Assembly (NCBI GenBank): GCA_035712365.1
Contig: DASTAW010000064.1
Coordinates: 5,203 to 69,202 of the forward strand
Length of the DNA stretch: 64,000 nucleotides
Direction: 5' to 3'
Source: Terriglobia bacterium
Lineage (GTDB): Bacteria > Acidobacteriota > Terriglobia > UBA7540
Shown here: positions 1 through 6,605 of the stretch, piece by piece
How positions within the stretch are numbered: the first letter of the stretch is position 1
How the letters are laid out: every line of letters begins with the position of its first letter
Program-made: the position numbers and the translations under genes
Notes under the pieces: model-generated
The model's input: the letters and a program-made list of their open reading frames with translations, nothing else
Told to the model about the DNA's origin: nothing
Database searches by the model: none

Positions 1-863
1 GCGTTGGCTCGCACCACGCGCGCCAGGCCGCAGATTTGCTCGGCGGTCACCGGGTTTCGCTTGTGCGGCATGGCGGATGAGCCCTTCTGTTTGGCGGAGA
101 AAAATTCCTCCGCCTCCCGGACTTCGGTGCGCTGCAAGCCGCGAACTTCAAGCGCAATCTTTTCGAGCGAGGCGGCGATGACGGCCAGCGTTGAAACGTA
201 GAAGGCATGCCGGTCACGCTGGATCACCTGCGATTCGGCGGGCGAAGGCTTGAGGCCGAGCTTTGCCAGTATCTTCTTTTCAATTGCCGGACTCAGGTGC
301 GAATAGATGCCCACCGCTCCGGAAGTCTTTCCCACGCGCATCTCGTCGGCAGCATAGGCCAGCCGTTCTCGGTTCCGCTGGCATTCGGAGTACCAGACGG
401 CGATCTTCACTCCAAAGGTGATGGGTTCGGCGTGGATGCCGTGTGTTCGTCCCACCATGGGCGTATGCTTGAACTCGAAGGCACGTTTTTTTAGTACGGC
501 AGCCAGCCGGTCAATGTCTTCGAGAAGCAGCCGTGAAGCGTCTTTGATCAGCAGGCCCTGGGCCGTATCGACTACGTCGTTCGACGTAAGCCCGAAGTGG
601 AGATAGCGGGCTTCCCGGCCCACGTGCTCGGCCACGTTGGTGGTGAAGGCAATGACGTCGTGCTTCACTTCCTTCTCGATTTCCAGCACGCGCTCGACGT
701 CCACGCGGCCTTTGCGGCGGATGGCGCGCGCGGCGCTTTTGGGAATCAGGCCGGCTTCCGCTTCGGCTTCCGCCGTGGCGATTTCCACCTCTAACCATTT
801 TTGGAATTTGTTCTCGTCGCTCCAGATGGCGCCCATTTCCGGGCGGGTATATCGAGGAATCAT
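1..863 (-). CDS. purB: adenylosuccinate lyase, N-terminal ~287 codons (gene continues beyond window start)
   Basis: Absent from the ORF track because it leaves the window. Hand translation of the minus strand from ATG 863-861 gives MIPRYTRPEMGAIWSDENKFQKWLEVEIATAEA...HTPMVGRTHGIHAEP...KGSSAMPHKRNPVTAEQ. This is a PurB-type N-terminus with the fumarate-lyase GSSxMPxKxN signature. GGAGAG lies just upstream of the ATG. Confidence 0.9.
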   Translation of the reverse strand, partial: MIPRYTRPEMGAIWSDENKFQKWLEVEIATAEAEAEAGLIPKSAARAIRRKGRVDVERVLEIEKEVKHDVIAFTTNVAEHVGREARYLHFGLTSNDVVDTAQGLLIKDASRLLLEDIDRLAAVLKKRAFEFKHTPMVGRTHGIHAEPITFGVKIAVWYSECQRNRERLAYAADEMRVGKTSGAVGIYSHLSPAIEKKILAKLGLKPSPAESQVIQRDRHAFYVSTLAVIAASLEKIALEVRGLQRTEVREAEEFFSAKQKGSSAMPHKRNPVTAEQICGLARVVRAN

Positions 864-883
864 TTTCTCTCCACGGAGTTAAT

Positions 884-943
884 CCACAGATTACACAGAT
901 GACACAGATTCAATCCGCAGATTTCGCAGATTACGCAGATTTC
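884..943 (-). repeat. array of ~6 imperfect tandem 9-10 nt words (minus-strand AATCTG[C/T]G)
   Basis: Plus strand reads ccacagattacacagatgacacagattcaatccgcagatttcgcagattacgcagattt. The array spans the stop codon and last codons of the GxxExxY ORF and the spacer to purB. Confidence 0.8.
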
Positions 944-1329
944 AATGACTTAGAAAAAATAAATCGGCGAAACTCCAATGATTTTGCGCCGAAATTTAAT
1001 AATAAGGCCACCTCGCGGGCAGTTGCCTTCAAATAGCTAATCACCTGAGCTTCTTCAATCCCCGTGAGTTTTTGCAACGCCTTCACCTCGACAACCACTG
1101 AGCCGAAACACACGAAGTCCGCGCGATAATCCGCTGCCAGCCGGCTGCCTTTGTAGAAAACGGAAATATGGACTTCGCGCTGGAAGGGAATGCTCCGTTC
1201 GAGCAGTTCATGGTGAAATGCCTCCTGATAAACCGCCTCCAAAAATCCGCAGCCAAGCTGGCGATGGACTTCCATTGCGGCCCCAATCAGGGCATGCGTC
1301 CGAGGGTCTCTTTTATCTTCAACCGGCAT
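931..1329 (-). CDS. GxxExxY family protein (PD-(D/E)XK nuclease-like fold)
   Basis: 132-aa ORF. It has GCGFLEAVYQEA (the GxxExxY motif) followed by ADFVC...VVVEVKA...QVISYLKAT..LLLNFG, which is typical of this family. Confidence 0.8.
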   Translation of the reverse strand: MPVEDKRDPRTHALIGAAMEVHRQLGCGFLEAVYQEAFHHELLERSIPFQREVHISVFYKGSRLAADYRADFVCFGSVVVEVKALQKLTGIEEAQVISYLKATAREVALLLNFGAKSLEFRRFIFSKSLKSA

Positions 1330-1374
1330 AAATAGCCAGTCAGTTTACATGAAGTTTTTCCATTTGGTCTTTTT

Positions 1375-1401
1375 AATCTGTGCAGTCTGCGTAATCTGCG
1401 G
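1375..1401 (+). repeat. inverted partner of the 884-943 word array (AATCTG[T/C]G words on plus strand)
   Basis: aatctgtgcagtctgcgtaatctgcgg lies just upstream of the GxxExxY start, in the opposite orientation to the downstream array. Confidence 0.75.
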
Positions 1402-1402
1402 A

Positions 1403-2182
1403 CTAGAATTGGAAAATTCTGGAGGGTTCAGTCTGGCTGGCCAGGTGCAGTTCGGCGGGGCGGCCTTTGCCGCGTTTATCGAAGGCTTGATTGGCGGAAT
1501 GCATAGCCAGGCCAGGGTGATTATTTTTATCGCTCAGGTGGGCCAGCACCAAAACCTCCGCTGTGCCGTCGTAGTCGTCGGCGAGGAATCCCGCCGTAGC
1601 GTTGTTTGAAAGGTGGCCGTGCCTGCTCATCACGCGCTGCTTGACGAACCACGGGTACGGTCCCGTCTTCAGCATGTCAAGATCGTGGTTCGATTCAAAC
1701 ACCAGGCAGTGGCAGCCGAGCGCATGCTGCTTGACGAGCTGCGGAATGTAACCCAGGTCAGTAATCACTCCGACCTTGACGCCTTCCGCCGTAAATGTAA
1801 AGGCAACAGGATCGACGGCATCGTGCGGGATGGAAAAGGGAGCGATCTCGAAATCGCCGATGGTGAATTTTTCGCCGGGGGAAATGGTTTCAAATGCCCT
1901 GAGGCGCGGGTCCCATTGGATGATTTCCCGCGTTGGGCCGGTGATGTAAATGGGGACTTTAAGGGCCAGCGCCAGCGACTTCAGGCCGTTAATGTGGTCG
2001 ATGTGTTCATGGGAAACAAGCAGGGCGTCAAAGCCGTCGGTTCGCTCCCCGGCTGCGGCCAGGCGGCGGAAGGTTTCTTTCCTGCTGAAGCCCGCGTCCA
2101 CCAGCAGGCGTGTGCGCTCCGTCGCCACCAACGTGGAATTGCCCTTGCTTCCGCTACCCAACACGCAGATTCGGACGCTCAA
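1403..2182 (-). CDS. MBL-fold metallo-hydrolase
   Basis: Has ICVLGSGSKGNSTLV and the HEHIDHINGL (HxHxDH) motif. The longest ORF starts at TTG 2197, but TTG 2182 is preceded by GGAGAGG. Confidence 0.8.
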   Translation of the reverse strand: MSVRICVLGSGSKGNSTLVATERTRLLVDAGFSRKETFRRLAAAGERTDGFDALLVSHEHIDHINGLKSLALALKVPIYITGPTREIIQWDPRLRAFETISPGEKFTIGDFEIAPFSIPHDAVDPVAFTFTAEGVKVGVITDLGYIPQLVKQHALGCHCLVFESNHDLDMLKTGPYPWFVKQRVMSRHGHLSNNATAGFLADDYDGTAEVLVLAHLSDKNNHPGLAMHSANQAFDKRGKGRPAELHLASQTEPSRIFQF

Positions 2183-2297
2183 CCAGCCTCTCCGCAACCT
2201 TCAGATCAAAGCAGGCGCCGGGCGCCGGCTTCAGCAAAGCATTGGTGGAATTATAAAGCAGCTTGGCTGGAGCGGATATCGAAATAGCGGTGCGGCC

Positions 2298-2780
2298 TTA
2301 TTTTTCTGTCCACAGAGCGTAAAGAGCGCCAGCCATCAACAGCAGGCAGACAACGGCGCTCGAGACGATCAGGGAGGAAAGAGAAAATGAGTACACGATG
2401 GTGTCCGAGAAAACCGTGCGATGTACCATTTGTCCCGCCAGCCAGGGGAGCGCGGCGACCAGCAAGGCAATGAGCGCACCGCCGCCTATGGCCGTCGCAA
2501 ACCTTTCCGCAATCATGATGGGGCGCAGGGCCTCGTTGGCAGCAGCCCGATGGGCGGCCAGCCGAGCGCGCCACCAGACGCGGCCGGCATCGGGCAACGA
2601 CGCAGCGGCACAGAGGTATTGGCTGTCGATCTGGAAAAGTTTGTAGACAGAGACAATTTCGGCGCAGGAGGGGCAACCGGCGAGGTGACGGCGCAGTGGT
2701 TCCTGCATGGACTCAGGAGCCACCCCCTGGCCCAGGGCTTCGAGAATTCGGGCTTCGTTTTCGCAAACTTGGTGTTTCAT
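2298..2780 (-). CDS. anti-sigma factor, zf-HC2 type, membrane-anchored
   Basis: Has an N-terminal H..C..C motif (RRHLAGCPSCAEIV) and C-terminal hydrophobic helices. It lies immediately downstream of the ECF sigma gene. ATG 2780 is preceded by AGGAAGG; the longest ORF starts at 2786. Confidence 0.7.
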   Translation of the reverse strand: MKHQVCENEARILEALGQGVAPESMQEPLRRHLAGCPSCAEIVSVYKLFQIDSQYLCAAASLPDAGRVWWRARLAAHRAAANEALRPIMIAERFATAIGGGALIALLVAALPWLAGQMVHRTVFSDTIVYSFSLSSLIVSSAVVCLLLMAGALYALWTEK

Positions 2781-2782
2781 AA

Positions 2783-3358
2783 TCACGCCTTCCTGGGTTC
2801 CAGTGCCGCGCCGCCAATCAGGTCCATGAGCTTTTTTCGGGCTCGAAACAGCAGCGGGCGCACACTGGCTTCTTTCATTCCGGAAGCTTTTGCGATTTCT
2901 CTGTGGCTGGCGCCTTCAGCATAGGCCAGCCAGAGTAACTGGCGTTCCCTGGGTTTGAGCCTTGCAAGCGCGCGGCCCAAATCCGAACGCAGCGGAACAT
3001 TTGCCACGTCGTGATCCTGCGAGGGCACGTCGGCGGTTTCGATGGTGGTCTCTCCGTGCCTTTGGATCGCCCGCCAGTGGTCTCGGAGCAGGTTCGTGGC
3101 GATCCGAAACAGGTAATTCTTTCGGTGCGCGTCTTCCTGCGGCGGGTCCGTGAGAGAAAGAAAGCGGCAATAACATTCCTGGAGAAGATCGTCAGCAAGC
3201 GCCGAATCGCCCGAAACTCGCGCGAGGTACGCCCACAGCGGGCGTGCCGTGCGCTCGTAGACTGTCCGGAAGCTTTCCTCGTCCATCGCGAGGGACTTAT
3301 CCTCCGCTTCGGCCCTTGCGGCTTCGCCCCTGGCCAGAGCTACAGCCCGTGTCAGCAT
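2783..3358 (-). CDS. ECF-type RNA polymerase sigma-70 family factor
   Basis: Region 2 is DLLQECYCRFL. Region 4 is RERQLLWLAYAEGASHREIAKASGMKEASVRPLLFRARKKL. The longest ORF reaches 3427 but overlaps the upstream gene. ATG 3358 has GAGG 7 nt upstream. Confidence 0.8.
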   Translation of the reverse strand: MLTRAVALARGEAARAEAEDKSLAMDEESFRTVYERTARPLWAYLARVSGDSALADDLLQECYCRFLSLTDPPQEDAHRKNYLFRIATNLLRDHWRAIQRHGETTIETADVPSQDHDVANVPLRSDLGRALARLKPRERQLLWLAYAEGASHREIAKASGMKEASVRPLLFRARKKLMDLIGGAALEPRKA

Positions 3359-3389
3359 GTTATTGCCTCGGTCCACGGTATTCTCCGGG

Positions 3390-3863
3390 TCAGGCGACGA
3401 ATTTTTGGACCGAACGCTCGCGGTCAAACAGCCCGAAGTTCTTTGACAGGCGATAGGACAGTCCGGACGAGATCAGGAACCCGATTCCCAGTGCCAGGCC
3501 GAGAGCACCCAGGATTTTGAACCCTTCTGCCACATCAGAAAAGTTGACTCCGATGATCAAGAACGCAATGCCGACGCACACCAGAATCGCTCCCGCCTGG
3601 ATCGAAGCCAGGATTCGATTGTAAGGGTTGCGGTTCGGCTGTTCAATCCCGATTGAAGCCACCAGCTTCTTGCCGGAGTCGGTTTCTAGAAATGTCAAAA
3701 ACTCCTGGCTGGAGCCGATTTTCTCGATCAGCTTCGAGTGGACTTCGGCCTGTATCCGTGCAACTTTCATCCTGCGAAAAGTGCTGAAGACCAGCCAGAA
3801 AACGACGACAATCCCCGGAAATATCGTCAGAATTGCGAGGATCGGAATCAGTTCATGGGGCAT
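3390..3863 (-). CDS. hypothetical membrane protein, first gene of the sigma/anti-sigma operon
   Basis: It has one N-terminal TM helix (LIPILAILTIFPGIVVVFWLVF) and two C-terminal TM helices. ATG 3863 is preceded by GGAGGAG; the longest ORF extends to 3944. Confidence 0.6.
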   Translation of the reverse strand: MPHELIPILAILTIFPGIVVVFWLVFSTFRRMKVARIQAEVHSKLIEKIGSSQEFLTFLETDSGKKLVASIGIEQPNRNPYNRILASIQAGAILVCVGIAFLIIGVNFSDVAEGFKILGALGLALGIGFLISSGLSYRLSKNFGLFDRERSVQKFVA

Positions 3864-4096
3864 TTGCTCCTCCTCTATCTGGGGACCGCTGGCACAGGCT
3901 GGCGGCACGTTCGCCGCGGGCATCGCAGCCTGACCGCCGGTCACTGCCCGGGCTGTCCCCGGGCTTCATCCCTTGCTACTCTTGATACGCAAATGGCCAG
4001 ATGATTGTTAACAGAAAGTTGCGGCAGGATCGGGAGCGAGGGGAGAAAAGTCCGGCTCCAGACCTCAGGAGCAAAGACAGAGATCCTCCGACCTCA

Positions 4097-4185
4097 CGCG
4101 AAGGCGCAAAGTCGCAAGGGGTCATGGCAGATAAAAAATGGGTTTTCAATCGGCTCTTGGTTGCGCCTTAGCGCCTTTGCGAGAG
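4097..4185. repeat. inverted pair of GCGCAAAG/CTTTGCGC word arrays (terminator-like)
   Basis: cgcgaaggcgcaaagtcgcaagg (4097-4119) and ttggttgcgccttagcgcctttgcgagag (4157-4185) are built from reverse-complementary words. The pair lies just downstream of the M16 peptidase gene. Confidence 0.6.
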
Positions 4186-4218
4186 CTTGATTTCGTCATG
4201 GCGGGGAAATAGAACGCC

Positions 4219-5496
4219 TCAGCACTCGAGCTGGTCACGGCTGAGATTGAAACCCCGGCGCGGTCCCAGCACGGTGACGGCAATCCGTTCAGTCTGGAAG
4301 AGTTCACGCGCCACCTCGACAACGTCCTCGCGAGTCACCGTGTCGATACGGGCAGACACCTCGTCCAAGGTGATGCACTGCCCGTAATACAATTCCTGGC
4401 GGGCGATATTGGCCATGCGGCTGGTGGTGGATTCAAGGCCCAGCAACAGGCTTCCCTTCAGGTAATCCTTGGCCCGTTGCAATTCGTCCGCGGGGATCGA
4501 GTTGTTCTTGAGGTTTTTGAATTCCGCGATGATAAGGTTGACCACTTTGCGGGCATTGCCCGGCGCGGTGCCGGCATAGATGCTCAGGATTCCGGCGTCC
4601 CGGTAGGCGCTCAGTCCTGAAAAGACGGCGTAAACCAGGCCATACTTCTCCCGGATGTTCTGGAACAGCCGCGAACTCATTCCGCCGCCGAGAATAGTGT
4701 TGAGGACATAGCTGGCGAACCGCTTTTCGTGGGCGTAAGGATATGCAGGCGTGCCCAGGCAGATGTGGGTTTGCTCAAGCTCCTTTTTGCGGCGATAAAG
4801 CGCGTGAGGGTGGGCCACGGGGATTGGGCCCGCCGCCGTGACGTTCCCCTGGGATAGTCGGCCAAATTGTTCTTCTGCGAGGCCTACCGCCTGGCCGTGG
4901 GTCAGGTGTCCGGCTGCGGTTATGAGCATGTTGCCGGGCACGTAATGCCGCCGGAAAAAGTCACGCAGCCGCCGCTGGTTGAATCCGCCAACCGTTGCCC
5001 GGGTACCCAGGATGGGACGTCCCAGGGAGTGGTGCGGCCAATAGCTCTTGCTGAAAATTTCATGGACCAGGTCGTCTGGCGTATCTTCCACCATTTTGAT
5101 CTCTTCCTGGATCACCCTCGACTCCTTGGCAATATCGCTCGATCGAAGCAGAGGATTTTTCACCAGGTCTGCCACGATGTCGAATGCCCTGGGCAGGTGT
5201 TCATCAACCACTTTGATGGAAAAGCACGTAAACTCCTTGGTCGTAAAAGCGTCAAGATGGCCCCCAATGGCGTCAGCAGCGCGGGCGATCTCCTCGCCGG
5301 AGCGATTCAGAGTCCCCTTAAAGACCATGTGTTCAAGGAAGTGGACGATGCCGTTCTGATCTTCACGCTCATGCCGCGATCCGGTCCGCAGCCAGACCCC
5401 CATGGATACTGACCGCACGGCCGGCATGGTCTCGGTAACCACCTGTAGGCCATTGGCGAGCGTGCTCTTCTCAACGTTCGGATTCTTGGTTTTCAT
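4219..5496 (-). CDS. M16 family (pitrilysin/insulinase-like) zinc peptidase
   Basis: Has the inverted zinc motif HFLEHMVFKGT (HxxEH), and its ~425-aa length is typical. ATG 5496 (MKTKNPNVEKSTLANGLQV) is preferred; the longest ORF reaches 5565. Confidence 0.85.
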   Translation of the reverse strand: MKTKNPNVEKSTLANGLQVVTETMPAVRSVSMGVWLRTGSRHEREDQNGIVHFLEHMVFKGTLNRSGEEIARAADAIGGHLDAFTTKEFTCFSIKVVDEHLPRAFDIVADLVKNPLLRSSDIAKESRVIQEEIKMVEDTPDDLVHEIFSKSYWPHHSLGRPILGTRATVGGFNQRRLRDFFRRHYVPGNMLITAAGHLTHGQAVGLAEEQFGRLSQGNVTAAGPIPVAHPHALYRRKKELEQTHICLGTPAYPYAHEKRFASYVLNTILGGGMSSRLFQNIREKYGLVYAVFSGLSAYRDAGILSIYAGTAPGNARKVVNLIIAEFKNLKNNSIPADELQRAKDYLKGSLLLGLESTTSRMANIARQELYYGQCITLDEVSARIDTVTREDVVEVARELFQTERIAVTVLGPRRGFNLSRDQLEC

Positions 5497-5675
5497 GTTC
5501 AGGTCCCGTCGTGTTCCTGGATTGCCGGCGCTGAAGACGGTCCGCCCTGCTTTTAATTTAACCACACGATGCCGAAAAACGCGACTTGCAGTTTCTGAAG
5601 CTCTGTGGTCTTAGATGCGCCTCGGAGGAAATTGGATGACATAATATTTCATGGCCCTCGGAACCGATCTTCCGC

Positions 5676-5705
5676 TTGCCAGAAAGCGGAAGCATTGCCT
5701 ATACT
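5676..5705 (+). promoter_or_regulatory. sigma70-like promoter upstream of tRNA-Ile
   Basis: TTGCCA-N18-TATACT, about 60 nt upstream of the tRNA. An 8-bp hairpin (cttccgct/agcggaag) overlaps the -35. Confidence 0.4.
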
Positions 5706-5766
5706 GGTAAAACCCATTGCAGAGGACGAGTTCCGGCATGGTCTGGATCCCGCCACGCAACAGCAA

Positions 5767-5843
5767 GGGCCTGTAGCTCAGGTGGCTAGAGCGCACCCCT
5801 GATAAGGGTGAGGTCGGTAGTTCAACTCTACCCAGGCCCACCA
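5767..5843 (+). tRNA. tRNA-Ile (anticodon GAT)
   Basis: A hand-folded cloverleaf of 77 nt. The acceptor is gggcctg/caggccc, the anticodon arm is caccc-CTGATAA-gggtg, the T-loop is ttcaact, and CCA is encoded. Confidence 0.95.
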
Positions 5844-5855
5844 GTGCAAACGGTG

Positions 5856-6125
5856 ATGCCGTTCCAAATGTACATTCTTCGTAGCCTGTCGACCGGCCAA
5901 TTTTATGTGGGCCACACCGAGAATCTGCGAAAGCGCCTCCAGGAACACAACAACGGTCGAAATCCATCGACCCGCGGTCGCGGTCCCTGGGAGTTATTCC
6001 ATGCCGAAGAATTTTCAAGCCGTTCCGGCGCAGCCAGCCGCGAGCGTGAATTGAAACGCATGAAGAGCCGTACGACGATCCAGCAGTTGGCTAGAGCGTC
6101 CCGACAAGGTCGGGAAGGTCGGTAG
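5856..6125 (+). CDS. GIY-YIG nuclease family protein (small, URI-domain only)
   Basis: MPFQMYILRSLSTGQFYVGHTENLRKRLQEHNNG.. has the GIY-YIG motifs YIL..FYVG and R..EH. It starts 12 nt after the tRNA CCA. The last ~12 codons and the stop lie inside the tRNA-like repeat. Confidence 0.85.
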   Translation: MPFQMYILRSLSTGQFYVGHTENLRKRLQEHNNGRNPSTRGRGPWELFHAEEFSSRSGAASRERELKRMKSRTTIQQLARASRQGREGR

Positions 6126-6148
6126 TTCAACTCTACCCAGGCCCACCA
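6088..6148 (+). repeat. tRNA-like 3' fragment: a direct repeat of tRNA-Ile positions 5783-5843 with a substituted anticodon arm
   Basis: 11 nt (tggctagagcg) and 33 nt (aggtcggtagttcaactctacccaggcccacca) are identical to the tRNA. The 17-nt anticodon arm is replaced by tcccgacaaggtcggga. No 5' acceptor or D-stem lies upstream. Confidence 0.9.
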
Positions 6149-6605
6149 ATCAATTCAGCGATTTAAAGCACCACCGATTTTGGGCTCTCTTGTTGGCGCA
6201 CGTCTTGGTGCATAGCAGCTTCGACCGTGACAGGTTGCACGCTACCATCCAGAGCGGCCCCCCTTGGCTTCCATTCGGATGTGTGAGTAGTGTTCTACAT
6301 TTTCCCGCTGACGCGGCCGGAGGATGGCTGAGTGTTAATGCGGCCATCTTCACAGGCCGGAAACACCTCCTCCGCAGGCTTCGATTCAGGAAACCGGCCT
6401 GCCCACCTCACTGAAGCCGCATACCCGGGAATCCTACCAACTCACCTGCCTGGGAGTGTGTCGGTCTAATGTATCATTCGTACCGAGGCTGGAACTTTGG
6501 AACTCTTGCGTCCTCAGTTTGGGCGCCGGTCCGAGTCCAGCCTGCCGCAGCTACAGGCTTGATTTCGTTGCAGCGCGGGATAAGCAGCTAAGGAGAGCGC
6601 ATACC

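Noticed and set aside
6088-6148. The second tRNA-like sequence could be a functional tRNA gene.
   Set aside because: No 5' acceptor strand or D-stem lies upstream. The anticodon-loop equivalent has C33 and can also close to a 5-nt loop. I treat it as a tRNA 3'-fragment repeat.
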